Counted from the first letter of the stretch, positions 12,237 to 22,741 are shown. The stretch is 64,000 bases of DNA from Kiritimatiellia bacterium (GCA_017458625.1 JAFTAH010000138.1:1877-65876), one strand, 5' to 3'. Translations and numbers: made by a program. The notes: generated by a model not told the origin, from the sequence alone.

Positions 12237-15200
12237 ATGCGCCACAACCATTCCCACACCCCACCCCGCTCCGGCCACCTGGGCCAGCTGGCGGTTCTGC
12301 TCGCAGCCACCGTCGCCCTCGCCCTGACGGCCTGCCAGGCCCCGGGACCATCCCGCACGTCCATGCTCCCCCCGCGCGAGCTGTGGACAACGACCACCAA
12401 CGTCACGACCACGGCCAACGCCTTCTCGCCCACGGCGGCCCCCGTGGAGACCTTCGTCGCCATCGACCTCTCCCGCCCCACGCAGCTCGTCGCGGCCGCC
12501 CTCGACTGGGCCCCGGAGAGTGTTCCGTCCGCCTACTCCATTGAAGTCACCGACGATCCCGACACCTCCCCCTGGGTGACGGTGGCAACGGCCTCGCACC
12601 CTGTCCCGGGCCTCCAGCTCCTGACTTTTACGCCCACTCTGGCCCAGCACATCCGGGTCCATGTCTCCTCGGCGGCCGTAACGAACCCGCCCCTCCTGCG
12701 CCGCTTCCGCCCCATCCCCTACGCCCAGCGCCCGACGGCCGTCTGGACGCTCCCCGACGGCTCGACGCTGCCGCTCCCCGACACCACCCCGCTCTTCGAC
12801 GAATCCCCGGACACCCCCCTCGTCGCCCCCGCCATCGCTCCGGGGGACACCCTCCAGCTCGACATCGACCTCCACGCGCTCTTCTCCATCGGCGGCGTCC
12901 GCCTCGACTGGGCTTCCCCCAAGGCCCGCCCCGCCGCCCTGACGCTCTACCTTTCCCGCGACGGCGCCAACTGGATCGAGGCCGGATCCATCGACCCGGA
13001 CGCCGCCGATGCCAGCGATGTCGTCATCGTCACCCGCTCGCTTCCCGTACGCCACATCCGGCTCGCAGCCATGGCCCCCTCGCCCTCCTCCGATGACGCC
13101 CAGAAGGCCAAGAAGTCCCCCAACGCCTCTCCGCCAGACGCCAAGACGCCCAAGCAGGACGCCACCGCCCCCGCCGCAGACGCTCCCTCGCCTTCCGATG
13201 CCCCGCCGCCTTCGGCCCCAGCCGCTTCCCCGGAGAAGAAGAAGGGCGTGGCCACCGCCGTCGCCTCGACCATCGCCGAAGCCACGACGAAGACGGCCTC
13301 TGCCACCGTTTCCGTGCTCGAGACGGCCGCCAGCGCCACGGTCTCCGCCGCTGGAGCCACCGTCTCGGCAATCGCCTCGGCCCCGGGGGCCCTCGTGTCG
13401 TCGGTCGAGCGCATCGTGGCACCCGCCGTGAAGCCGGTTTTCGCGTTCAGCCTGCTCGGCCTTTCGTTCCGCGATGCCGACGCCGCCAGCCGCCCCTGGT
13501 TGCTCTACCAGGCTTCCGCCGCCCATGTTCCGCCCGCGCTCGCCCCGCGCGCCCTGCTCGGCCAGCAGCCCTTCTGGACAGTCGCCCTTTCCCCCGCCAC
13601 CACCACCGGTCCCCTGCTCTCCACGGAAGGCGCCTTCGCCCCCTCCGCCACGGCCCCCTCGCTCTGGCCCGTCGCCATCGTCGGCACCAACGCCTACACC
13701 CCCGCCAACGCCAGGTCCGCCAGCTACTCCATCCCCGCCCCCGGCGTCCCCCTCCCCGCCGCCACCTGGTCTTTCCCCGACGGCCTCTCCCTCGCCCTCC
13801 GCATCCTCCCCGTCTCCACTTCCACCCCCACGAATCCGCTCGGTCGTCCGCTGATCCTCGCCTCCTACGAATGGGCCAATGCCTCCTCGAATCCGCTCCC
13901 CGTCCGGCTCGCCTGGATTCTCCGGCCCCTCCGCGTGCCCGCCCCGGCGGCCAAGGGCGGCCTGGCCTTCATCGCCCGCCTCCGCAGCAGCCGTCCCGCC
14001 GCCGTCTCCACCCCAGACCTCCAGGAGCTCCGCGTCAACGCCGAGCCCCTCTACGCCACGGCCGCCCCCGGTCTGAAGTGCGTCGCCGCCCCCTTCCGCG
14101 AGGCCGACATCACCACCTCCCTCCTCGCCCCGCCCGCAATGCCCGACACCGATGCCGCCAACGACCGCTCCGGCCTCGCCTCCGCCGCCTGGGTGCTCGA
14201 CACCGTCATCCCCCCGCTTGCCAGCAACCGCGTCGTCATCGCCGCCACCCCACCCCTCTTCGACTCCGACCGGCTGCTCCGCCATCTTTCCGCCCCCGCC
14301 GCCCCCGCCTCGGCCTCGACCCCGCCGGAGCCTTCCGGGCCGCGCCTCTTCTGGCGGAAAACGGCGGCCCTGCCGCAGCATTCGTCTCTCCCCTCCCCGC
14401 TCGCCACCCTGCCCGGACATGACGCCTCCGTCACCGCCACGCCTGCGGACGGCACTCCCGCCGACGCCACCGGCCCCCGCCGCCACGTCCCGCCACGCCC
14501 CGCCTGGCCCCCCACCGAGGACGCCGCCGAAGCCCTCTTCGACGCCGCCTACGCCGACGCCACCTTCGCCGCCTACGCCCGCCTCGGCGCCTACGCCCCC
14601 GACATCCACCACCCACGCCCCCTCCAAGTCCAGCGCCTCCAGTTCGCCTATCTTCTCCAACTCGATGCCGACACCCGCCTCGTTCCCGACGCCGCCGACC
14701 GCATCCGTCTCGACGACGACATCTGGCGCTTCGCCGCCCTCCTCCGCGCCGGACTCGTCCAGCCCGCCGCCGACTGGCTCAAGCTTCTCCTTGCCGCCCA
14801 GAACCCGACCAACGGGGCCGTCCCCGCCCTCTACGCAGCCTTCCCCCTCGGCTTCGTCCCCGCCAGCCCCAACACCGCCCCCGGCCTCGCCCTCGGCGAC
14901 ACCGATGCCGCCCCCGACGCCCCCTCCGACACCGATGCCGCCCCCTCCCGCCTCCAGGACGTCCCCGCCGTCCCCGCCCCCGATGCCGAACAGGCCGGCC
15001 ACAACTCCGCCCACTCCCAGCTCGTCTTCGCCTGCATGGAGTTCTTCCGCTTCACCCACGACACCACCTTCCTCCGCGCCGCCTACCCCTCCATGCGCGC
15101 CGCCATGGCCTATCTCCAGGGCCTCCACGAAGCCGTCATTCCCCGCCCCCCCTCCCGCTTGCGCCGCCTCTTCTCCTCCCCCCCCGATCCCACCCCCGCC

Positions 15201-16220
15201 TTCGGCCTCCTCCCCGCCTCCCCCTCCGACCCCGACCGCCATCCCTACGTCCACGCCTTCTGGGCCCTCCTCGGCTGGAAGGAGCTCCGCGCCGCCGCCA
15301 CCACCCTCGGCCTCGACGAGGACGCCGCCTGGGCCGACTCCCACTACCAGGCGCTTCGAGGCCTCCTCCAACACTCCTTCGACCTCCTCTTCCAGGACTA
15401 TCCCCCCGGCCGCCTCCGGCTCCTTCTCGCCTCCCCGGACCCTGGCGCGCCCCCTTCCCCCTACGATGCCGCCCTCCTGGTCTGGCCCGTCTGCGAACCC
15501 GACCTCCTGCCCCGCCACGTCCTGCTCTCCACCCTGGCCCTCGGCTACGAGCCCTTCCTCCGCGCCGTTCCTCTCGCCCCCCTCGAACGTCCGGGCGCTG
15601 TCACCGCCACGGCGGACGCCGCCACCGCCGCGCCCGCCCCCCTCTCCCGGCCCCCGCGCCTATCCCTCGAAGCCATCCGCCTGCTCCTCCCCCTCTCCCT
15701 CTCCGGCCGCGCCGACTACGCCCGCGAGATCCTCTTCACCCTCACCGACGCCCTGACCCCCGCCCCCTGGGGAGCCCTCCCCATGGCCTATCCTCCCGGC
15801 CCCTCCCCCATGCCCTACCCCCGCGCCGCCGCCCTCTACGCCCTCGCCGTCCGCCAGATCCTCCTCCACGAAGATCCCGCCACCCAGGTCCTCCACCTCC
15901 TCCCCGGCTGTCCCCCCGACTGGCTCCAGCTCGGCGACGGCCTCTCCCTCCCCTCCGCCCCCACCGCCTATGGCCCCGTCTCCCTCGCCGCCTCCATCCG
16001 CGGCCGCCACTTCCGCCTGACCTTCTCCGGCTCGGCCTCCCCTCCCGGCGGCTACCGCCTCTGGTGGCCCCGCCAGCTCAAGCCCCTCCGCGTCCGCCTC
16101 AACTCCGCCGAGCTCGCCCCCGACGCCTACGACGAGCTCGGCATCTCCCTCCCCCCCTCCTTCTCCGGCTCCCTCGTCGCCACCTACGACGACGACTTCC
16201 CCTCCTCCCGCGACTTCTAG
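12237..16220 (+). CDS. Large lipoprotein with discoidin (F5/8C)-like domains and a six-hairpin glycosidase-like C-terminal part
   Basis: Lipobox LALTAC; LQLDIDL...IGGVRLDW...YLSRDGANW; FGLLPAS, HPY.HAFWALLG, APTAYGPVS. Confidence 0.6.
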   Translation: MRHNHSHTPPRSGHLGQLAVLLAATVALALTACQAPGPSRTSMLPPRELWTTTTNVTTTANAFSPTAAPVETFVAIDLSRPTQLVAAALDWAPESVPSAYSIEVTDDPDTSPWVTVATASHPVPGLQLLTFTPTLAQHIRVHVSSAAVTNPPLLRRFRPIPYAQRPTAVWTLPDGSTLPLPDTTPLFDESPDTPLVAPAIAPGDTLQLDIDLHALFSIGGVRLDWASPKARPAALTLYLSRDGANWIEAGSIDPDAADASDVVIVTRSLPVRHIRLAAMAPSPSSDDAQKAKKSPNASPPDAKTPKQDATAPAADAPSPSDAPPPSAPAASPEKKKGVATAVASTIAEATTKTASATVSVLETAASATVSAAGATVSAIASAPGALVSSVERIVAPAVKPVFAFSLLGLSFRDADAASRPWLLYQASAAHVPPALAPRALLGQQPFWTVALSPATTTGPLLSTEGAFAPSATAPSLWPVAIVGTNAYTPANARSASYSIPAPGVPLPAATWSFPDGLSLALRILPVSTSTPTNPLGRPLILASYEWANASSNPLPVRLAWILRPLRVPAPAAKGGLAFIARLRSSRPAAVSTPDLQELRVNAEPLYATAAPGLKCVAAPFREADITTSLLAPPAMPDTDAANDRSGLASAAWVLDTVIPPLASNRVVIAATPPLFDSDRLLRHLSAPAAPASASTPPEPSGPRLFWRKTAALPQHSSLPSPLATLPGHDASVTATPADGTPADATGPRRHVPPRPAWPPTEDAAEALFDAAYADATFAAYARLGAYAPDIHHPRPLQVQRLQFAYLLQLDADTRLVPDAADRIRLDDDIWRFAALLRAGLVQPAADWLKLLLAAQNPTNGAVPALYAAFPLGFVPASPNTAPGLALGDTDAAPDAPSDTDAAPSRLQDVPAVPAPDAEQAGHNSAHSQLVFACMEFFRFTHDTTFLRAAYPSMRAAMAYLQGLHEAVIPRPPSRLRRLFSSPPDPTPAFGLLPASPSDPDRHPYVHAFWALLGWKELRAAATTLGLDEDAAWADSHYQALRGLLQHSFDLLFQDYPPGRLRLLLASPDPGAPPSPYDAALLVWPVCEPDLLPRHVLLSTLALGYEPFLRAVPLAPLERPGAVTATADAATAAPAPLSRPPRLSLEAIRLLLPLSLSGRADYAREILFTLTDALTPAPWGALPMAYPPGPSPMPYPRAAALYALAVRQILLHEDPATQVLHLLPGCPPDWLQLGDGLSLPSAPTAYGPVSLAASIRGRHFRLTFSGSASPPGGYRLWWPRQLKPLRVRLNSAELAPDAYDELGISLPPSFSGSLVATYDDDFPSSRDF

Positions 16221-16345
16221 CCCCTCCCCGGCCCTCGCCTCCCCTGCCCTCGCCTCCCCTGCCCTCGCCTCCCCAGGGAAGCGCGGGGGGCCTTCCCCCG
16301 TCCTTTGCCTCCCCCCTCTCCGCCTCCCCTTCGTCCCCAAATGTC

Positions 16346-16361
16346 GTGATTCTACGTCAAA
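16346..16361 (+). repeat. Polar intergenic motif copy
   Basis: GTGATTCTACGTCAAAATCAGGCCTTTTTT, between convergent genes. Confidence 0.9.
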
Positions 16362-16392
16362 ATCAGGCCTTTTTTCGCCGTTTTGCTTTCTC

Positions 16393-16455
16393 GGAGCGCG
16401 GGCCGTCGCGCCCCGCCATCCCCCCCGGCCCGTAGCGCGGGGCCGTCGCGCCCCG
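16393..16455 (+). repeat. Two tandem REP-like hairpins (G[T/G]AGCGCGGG[G]CCGTCGCGCCCCG)
   Basis: Copies at 16393-16415 and 16432-16455; GTAG plus CGGGGC/GCCCCG stem. Confidence 0.65.
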
Positions 16456-16462
16456 TCCCCCT

Positions 16463-17362
16463 TTACCGCATCGGCACCATGAACGTCTTCATCACCGGCA
16501 GATGCTGCATGTTCCGAGCCGTGTCGTCCCACCGCACGGGGGGCGGCGGCGGATTCCACAGCCGCGAGTCGAACACCAGCCCATTGGCGAACGACCGCCC
16601 CCCCACCACCGTCGGCACCTCCAGCTTCGCCAGCCGTCGGCTCGCCAGCACGAAGTCGTACGGCCGGTTCCGCGGCCCGTTCGTGTTTGGATTCCCCGCC
16701 TGGTCCTGCGGCTGCCGCGTATCGTCGAAGTAGTCGCACAACGCCAGCACCGCCGCCGCATCCCGGCTCGTCGTGTTCAGGTCCCCGCACAACACCACAT
16801 ACGCCTCCCGCGGCCAATGCGCCCGGATCAGCCGCACCAGTTCCCGCGCCTGCTTCACCCGCAGCTCCCGCTTGCTGCTCGAAAGATGCACGCTCACCAC
16901 ATGCAACGGCCGCGGCCCCGGCACCATGATCGTCGCCCACGCGAAGTTCCGGTTCTCCACGTACGGATCGTTCCACTGCCCCGCATCCAGGATTGGATAC
17001 CGGCTGATGATCCCGTTCGGCAACCGATCCGCCCCCTTCTCCCGCGTGAAATGATACCCCGCCCCGAACAGGTCGTACACCAGCGCCGCCGCTCCCCCCT
17101 CCTTGTAGTTGAACTCCTGGATGCCGATGATGTCCGGCTTCAGCGCCTTCAGGATCCGCATGCTCGCCGGCCCATACGCCTGCGTCGTGCTGTCCGACAG
17201 GTTTGCCGAGCAAATCGTGATGGGCACCTCCGTCACGGCCGCCTGCGCCCGTGCCGCCGCGATTGCCTCCGCCAACGTCCTCGGCCGCGCCTCCGCCACG
17301 CCGCCCAGCACGACGACCGCCACCGCCACCGCAATGACCGCCACCCGCCTCGCACTTGCCAT
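16463..17362 (-). CDS. Secreted endonuclease/exonuclease/phosphatase (EEP) family protein
   Basis: SANLS, PDIIGIQE, NGIISRYPI, VSVHL, VLCGDLN, YDFVLAS, QHLPV; signal peptide. Confidence 0.9.
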   Translation of the reverse strand: MASARRVAVIAVAVAVVVLGGVAEARPRTLAEAIAAARAQAAVTEVPITICSANLSDSTTQAYGPASMRILKALKPDIIGIQEFNYKEGGAAALVYDLFGAGYHFTREKGADRLPNGIISRYPILDAGQWNDPYVENRNFAWATIMVPGPRPLHVVSVHLSSSKRELRVKQARELVRLIRAHWPREAYVVLCGDLNTTSRDAAAVLALCDYFDDTRQPQDQAGNPNTNGPRNRPYDFVLASRRLAKLEVPTVVGGRSFANGLVFDSRLWNPPPPPVRWDDTARNMQHLPVMKTFMVPMR

Positions 17363-17511
17363 GAACCTACCTGTCGTCATCCTGTTACCTATTGCTCTGC
17401 AACCCTACCCCTCCCTCCCCTCCCCCTGCAACACTTTTCGCCTCCCCTCTCGTACTGCGGAACCGTCGCGCCCCGCCTCCCCGCCCCCCCATTTCGCCCC
17501 TCCCAATTCGC

Positions 17512-17527
17512 GTGATTTTACGTCAAT
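17512..17527 (+). repeat. Polar intergenic motif copy
   Basis: GTGATTTTACGTCAATCATTGGCCTTTTTT. Confidence 0.9.
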
Positions 17528-17646
17528 CATTGGCCTTTTTTGCCACTTTTGCCCTCCCTTCACCCCGCCCTCTCCCGCCCCCCCGCCCTTCCTCCTCGAC
17601 AACCCCCTCCCCCTGGCGTACAGTCCCGCCCCGGAGTTTGATTCCT

Positions 17647-18570
17647 ATGCCAACCCTCCCCTCCCCCACCACCGATCCCCTCTGGTCCGCGACCCGCCTC
17701 CGCGCCCGCCTCTTCGCCGCCATCCGCGACTTCTTCGCCGCCCACGGCGTCCTTGAGGTCGACACCCCCGTCCGCATCCCTGCCAACGCCCCCGAGGCCA
17801 ACATCGACCCCGTCCCCGCCCCGCCCGGCTGGCTCCGCACCTCCCCCGAGCTCCACATGAAGCGCCTCCTCGCCCACGGCGCCCCCGCCATCTTCCAGCT
17901 CGGCCCCTGCTTCCGCGCCGGCGAACGCGGTCCTCGCCACCGCGAGGAGTTCACCCTCCTCGAATGGTACCGCCCCGGCGGCGACGAATTCACCGTCCTC
18001 GACGACCTCAAGGCCCTCCTCGAACACCTCGCCCGCGCCTTCTGGCACGGCCGTACCGCCTCCACCTGGCAGGGCCGCCCCATCTCCCTGGCCGCCGCCG
18101 ACTGGCGTCTCCTCCGCATCCCCGACCTCTTCCGCGACCTCGCCGGCTGGGACGTCCTCGACCACTTCGACCCCGACCGCTTCGACCTCGACCTCGTGGA
18201 CAAGATTGAGCCCGCACTGCCCCCCTCCTGCCCCGTCGCCCTCCTCGCCTATCCCGCCCCCGTCGCCGCCCTCGCCCGCCGCGACGACGCCGACCCCCGC
18301 CTCGCCCGCCGCTGGGAGGCCTACCTCGCCGGCATGGAGCTCGCCAACGCCTTCTGCGAACTCACCGACCCCGCCGAGCAGCGCGCCCGCTTCCTCGCCG
18401 AAAACGCCTCCCGCGCCCGCCTCGGCCACCCCACGGCCCCCATCGACGAGGACTTCCTCCGCGACCTCGCCTCCATGCCTCCCGCCGGCGGCATCGCCCT
18501 CGGCCTCGAACGCGTCCTCATGCTCCTCGCCGACGCCCCCGACATCGCCGCCGTCGCCCCCTTCCGCTAG
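17647..18570 (+). CDS. epmA: EF-P lysine aminoacylase EpmA/GenX
   Basis: LEVDTP, LRTSPELHMKRLL, FRAGE.G.RH..EFT.LEWY, ELANAF.EL, GIALGLER; lacks anticodon-binding domain. Confidence 0.92.
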   Translation: MPTLPSPTTDPLWSATRLRARLFAAIRDFFAAHGVLEVDTPVRIPANAPEANIDPVPAPPGWLRTSPELHMKRLLAHGAPAIFQLGPCFRAGERGPRHREEFTLLEWYRPGGDEFTVLDDLKALLEHLARAFWHGRTASTWQGRPISLAAADWRLLRIPDLFRDLAGWDVLDHFDPDRFDLDLVDKIEPALPPSCPVALLAYPAPVAALARRDDADPRLARRWEAYLAGMELANAFCELTDPAEQRARFLAENASRARLGHPTAPIDEDFLRDLASMPPAGGIALGLERVLMLLADAPDIAAVAPFR

Positions 18571-18697
18571 CCGCCCCCCCTCCAGGCGAAACGTTTTCCT
18601 GGAACGCCCCCATTTTGATTGACGCCAACCGCCCGCTGGCGCAAAGTTTCCCCTTGCACACGTTCCTCTCTTGCAAGCCAACCCCATAGGAGTACGC

Positions 18698-20176
18698 ATG
18701 AAACTCATCAAGAAGATCAACAAGAAGGTCCTCGAACGCAGCATCGCCCGCGCCCGCGAGCGCAACATCATCCTCCCCACCTTCGCTCAGCAGAAGGACC
18801 CCAAGAAGATCCCCGCCAAGATCCAGGCCAAGCTCAAGAAGATCGGCCTCTGGGACGTCAACCCCCTCAACCTCTTCCGCATCACCTGGCACAACGACCC
18901 CAAGACCGGCCTCTTCAACGACGGCAACTTCATCGAGTTCCCCTCCGCCCTCACCGGCACCGGTGCCCGCCTCGTCGGCCTCGTCGGCCGCTACTTCCCC
19001 ACCGGCGCCCACAAGGTCGGCGCCGCCTACGGCTGCCTCGTCCCCCGCCTCGTCTCCGGCAACTTCGACCCCACCACCCAGAAGGCCGTCTGGCCCTCCA
19101 CTGGCAACTACTGCCGCGGCGGCGCCTACGATTGCGCCCTCCTCGCCTGCCCCGCCATCGCCATCCTCCCCGAAGGCATGTCCAAGGAGCGCTTCGACTG
19201 GCTCCGCGAAATCAAGACCGACGAGATCATCGCCACCCCCGGCACCGAGTCCAACGTCAAGGAAATCTACGACAAATGCTGGGAGCTCCGGCGCGAACGC
19301 GGCGACAAGATCGTCATCTTCAACCAGTTCGAGGAGTTCGGCAACTCCATCTGGCACTACAACATGACCGGCGGCATCATCGACGAGATCTACCGCAAGT
19401 TCTTCCGCAAGCCCCACTCCCGCCTCTCCGCCTACATCAGCGCCACCGGCAGCGCCGGCACCATCGCCGCCGGCGACTTCCTCCGCAAGCACTACCCCGA
19501 CATCCGCGTCGTCGCCTGCGAAGCCGCCCAGTGCCCCACCCTCTACCAGTGCGGCTTCGGCGCCCACCGCATCGAGGGCATCGGCGACAAGCACATCCCC
19601 TGGGTCCACAACGTCCGCAACACCGACGCCGTCTCCGCCATCGACGACGAGCAGGTCATGCAGCTCATCCGCCTCTTCAACGAGGACGCCGGCAAGACCT
19701 ACCTCGCCAAGCTCGGCCTCAAGACCGCCCAGATCGACGCCCTCAAGGCCGTCGGCATCTCCGGCATGTGCAACCTCGTCAGCGCCATCAAGACCGCCAA
19801 GTACTACGACATGGACGGCCGCGATGTCATCTTCTTCCCCCTCACCGACTCCATGGACCTCTACGCCAGCCGCCTCGCCGAAATGCAGGCTGCCGAAGGC
19901 AAGTTCACCGCCGAGTCCGCCGCCCGCGTCTACGGACAGTGGCTCGCCGGCTGCACCCCCGACACCTTCCGCGAGCTCAACTACTTCGACCGCAAGCAGC
20001 TCCACCAGTTCAAGTACTTCACCTGGGTCGAGCAGCAGGGCAAGACCTCCGACGAGCTCCGCGAGCTCTGGGATCCCGAGTTCTGGGACGAGCTCTTCGA
20101 CGAGGCCCAGGTCAAGCAGTGGGACAAGCTTATCGACCAGTTCAACGCCGCCACCGGCCTCCTCAAGAAGCTCTAG
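18698..20176 (+). CDS. PLP-dependent enzyme, fold type II (cysteine synthase / threonine synthase-like PALP family)
   Basis: FPTGAHKVGA (PLP lysine), STGNYCRG, TGSAGT, HRIEGIG; SD AGGAG upstream. Confidence 0.85.
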   Translation: MKLIKKINKKVLERSIARARERNIILPTFAQQKDPKKIPAKIQAKLKKIGLWDVNPLNLFRITWHNDPKTGLFNDGNFIEFPSALTGTGARLVGLVGRYFPTGAHKVGAAYGCLVPRLVSGNFDPTTQKAVWPSTGNYCRGGAYDCALLACPAIAILPEGMSKERFDWLREIKTDEIIATPGTESNVKEIYDKCWELRRERGDKIVIFNQFEEFGNSIWHYNMTGGIIDEIYRKFFRKPHSRLSAYISATGSAGTIAAGDFLRKHYPDIRVVACEAAQCPTLYQCGFGAHRIEGIGDKHIPWVHNVRNTDAVSAIDDEQVMQLIRLFNEDAGKTYLAKLGLKTAQIDALKAVGISGMCNLVSAIKTAKYYDMDGRDVIFFPLTDSMDLYASRLAEMQAAEGKFTAESAARVYGQWLAGCTPDTFRELNYFDRKQLHQFKYFTWVEQQGKTSDELRELWDPEFWDELFDEAQVKQWDKLIDQFNAATGLLKKL

Positions 20177-20195
20177 GCCATACCCCATACCCCAC

Positions 20196-20236
20196 CGGCC
20201 CCTGCCCGCCCCCCGGCGCCAGGGGCCGTTTCCTTT
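20196..20236 (+). terminator. Probable intrinsic terminator
   Basis: CGGCCCCTG...CAGGGGCCG followed by TTTCCTTT. Confidence 0.55.
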
Positions 20237-20342
20237 GCCCCCTGCCCTGGCCTTGGCCCGTCTTTTCTCTGGCCGCGGGACCGTCGTGCTCCGCGCTCAC
20301 CCCCCATCGCCCCCGGCTTCCGAACGAACAGCTTCTTTGGAC

Positions 20343-20370
20343 TTGGCAAGCCTTTTTGACATGCTATGCT
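20343..20370 (+). promoter_or_regulatory. Possible sigma70 promoter
   Basis: TTGGCA-16-TATGCT with extended TG. Confidence 0.4.
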
Positions 20371-20377
20371 CAAAGCC

Positions 20378-22741
20378 ATGTCCAAGTATGACCAAATCCT
20401 CTTGCTGGCTTTATCGTTTTTCGGCTTGCTGAAAACAGATGCCGCTGCAATTCCGCAGAGAGACGAGGGGGTCGCGCCCGAATTTCGGAACCAGCCCGCC
20501 TCCCACGTGACCAGCAAAACCTTTGGCCCGACGCGTTCCACCAGTGTTTTCAAGGGAGCGTTTCAAGTCGACTTGGTCATCATCTCGTTCGCGGACTGCA
20601 AAGTGCCCGAACCGGAAACCGTCAGAAACGCCCTGAATGTCATCCGGGGCTCGACCGTGTCCGATTATTACAAGGAATATTCGCAGGGCATCACCTGGCC
20701 CGTCCTTGCGGCCTACCCTGCGGTCTATGTGGACAAACAACCACTCGGATACTACTGCCGCCACGCCCCGGCGGCCAACATGGTTGGCTGGACGTCCATC
20801 GACGACGGGGTTGCAAGAGCCGCCATGCTGCGCAAAAACGCCCTTCAGTTTGTCCGCAGGCTTTCCGGAAGGTTCACGCCGGGGAAAGTGACATGCTTTG
20901 TCTACTGCCGGGAACTGGGCCGGGGCTCCCCGGCGATGGAGAAATGCTTGCGGCCATTCTATCCCAAACCCACGGAAAAACAACTGCTTGCCGGAGCAGT
21001 TGACCCTCTCACGACCTATAATCCGGAAATTCCATGGGCTGATCCCTTGTGGCCCAACTCCCGCCCACAGGTTTTCTACCCGGCGGATGGAAGCACAATC
21101 GTCCATGAACTTGGCCATGTGCTGGGGGCTCCTGACTTCTATCACGCCACGGAAAAATATGATGGGCTGCCCGGCACGCCCACCCTGCCATGGGCCTGGG
21201 GACCGACCGGCCCTGCATACTGCCGCACTATCTACCAGGCCTTCGCGCCTCCGGCCGCCTATCCATTCCTCGACAAGCCCGGAACCTACATGCTCGGGCC
21301 CCGATCCGGGGCATTCCCGTTTTCTTTCGCCAGCAGGGCAGAGGAGGAAGCCGCTCTGCCCTTGGGCTTCTTCATCCCTTCGGCCCATCCCAATTATCTC
21401 TTCTGCGTCGAGTTCGTCTACGACGAGAAGCCGCCCATTGGCACGCCGGGCTATTATGGCCTGCTCATCCATCTCATCAATGTCACCATGGACTCGCCCA
21501 CCCTGGGACCGCCAGACAAATGCTACACCTACCGTCCGGACGACCCGTTCTTCCGCGCGCTGAAGGCCGACTGGCCGCCCGCCCTGCTCCACGATGGCGA
21601 TGTGTTCGACGACTCCTCCAATCCTCGCGCCATCCTGCCCAACCAGTTGCCCGCCGGCATCGCCATCCGCAATATCGAATTGGGCTATGGAATGGCCTCG
21701 TTCTCTCTCGAGTTCCAGCCCAACACGCTGTCCTCTTTCCAGCTCCACCAGTCGCTCCTGCCGATCATCAAGCTGACGGGCATCGACGAAATTGGAGCAA
21801 CCTCCTTCCGCGCCCATGCCGATGTCATCTACCGGGGGGAACCGCTCCTGACCGAATATGGTTTCTGCTACGGTCCCACGCCACATCCAACCGTGACCAG
21901 CGGACGATTCCCCCTCTACCATCGCGACCGGTACGATGCGCGGATCATCGATTGCAAGCCCGGCGCAACCCTCCATGTGCGAGCCTACGCACAATCCGAA
22001 CGCGGCATCGCCTATTCTGCGGAAGAACAGACCGTCACTCTGCCCACGCCCGAAAAAGTCACGACGGTTCCACCGCTGCTAACCGATCACCTGCTGGGAA
22101 ACGCTTTCATCACTCGATGGCATTACTCACGTGGCGACCAGGCGAGGGACACGGCTTCCGCCCAAGTGACCCTCATGTCATTGGCCGCCTACTATCATGT
22201 TGTGCCCGGCGGATCCCAGGCGGTGAAGGGACCATTCACCCGCCTGAACCTCTGGCGCATGCATACATCCCCATCGTTGTCGCGGCCAGATTTCCGCATG
22301 GTGGAGGAAGAGGCGATGCGCACCGGGATGCGCTCCGTCGCGGTGGCGGCAGGCCTGTGCAACCATCGGTTCGGCGACTTCAAGACATGGGCAAGAACGT
22401 GCGCCTCTCGCTTGAAAATCCCGTCGCCGGGCACCAACATCATTCGCGTGAGCCCGCAGGACATTGAGACCCACGCCCCACGCATCAAGGAATGGCTCCG
22501 TCATGCCCAGCCGGTCCTGCTGGTCCGCGAAAGCAAGCAGACCGTCTGGGAAACCACCCACATCACCTGGCCCCTCGACATCGCCATCCTCGATGGCTTC
22601 AATGCCAACGGACAATTCCATGTCGCCTTCCCCCTTGGCTCTGACCGTGGCAACCAGCATCGCAAGTCCGGCTACTACAGCCTGCCCGACCTCTTGCTTG
22701 ACACCACGGATTCCTGCCTCATGTTCTACCGTCCCCGGTAA
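20378..22741 (+). CDS. Secreted M6-like zinc metalloprotease with Fn3-like and degenerate C10-peptidase-like domains
   Basis: Signal peptide; VSDYYKEYSQG; HELGHVLGAPDFY; GEPLLTEYGFCY...VRAYA; weaker GC3 than neighbours. Confidence 0.7.
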   Translation: MSKYDQILLLALSFFGLLKTDAAAIPQRDEGVAPEFRNQPASHVTSKTFGPTRSTSVFKGAFQVDLVIISFADCKVPEPETVRNALNVIRGSTVSDYYKEYSQGITWPVLAAYPAVYVDKQPLGYYCRHAPAANMVGWTSIDDGVARAAMLRKNALQFVRRLSGRFTPGKVTCFVYCRELGRGSPAMEKCLRPFYPKPTEKQLLAGAVDPLTTYNPEIPWADPLWPNSRPQVFYPADGSTIVHELGHVLGAPDFYHATEKYDGLPGTPTLPWAWGPTGPAYCRTIYQAFAPPAAYPFLDKPGTYMLGPRSGAFPFSFASRAEEEAALPLGFFIPSAHPNYLFCVEFVYDEKPPIGTPGYYGLLIHLINVTMDSPTLGPPDKCYTYRPDDPFFRALKADWPPALLHDGDVFDDSSNPRAILPNQLPAGIAIRNIELGYGMASFSLEFQPNTLSSFQLHQSLLPIIKLTGIDEIGATSFRAHADVIYRGEPLLTEYGFCYGPTPHPTVTSGRFPLYHRDRYDARIIDCKPGATLHVRAYAQSERGIAYSAEEQTVTLPTPEKVTTVPPLLTDHLLGNAFITRWHYSRGDQARDTASAQVTLMSLAAYYHVVPGGSQAVKGPFTRLNLWRMHTSPSLSRPDFRMVEEEAMRTGMRSVAVAAGLCNHRFGDFKTWARTCASRLKIPSPGTNIIRVSPQDIETHAPRIKEWLRHAQPVLLVRESKQTVWETTHITWPLDIAILDGFNANGQFHVAFPLGSDRGNQHRKSGYYSLPDLLLDTTDSCLMFYRPR

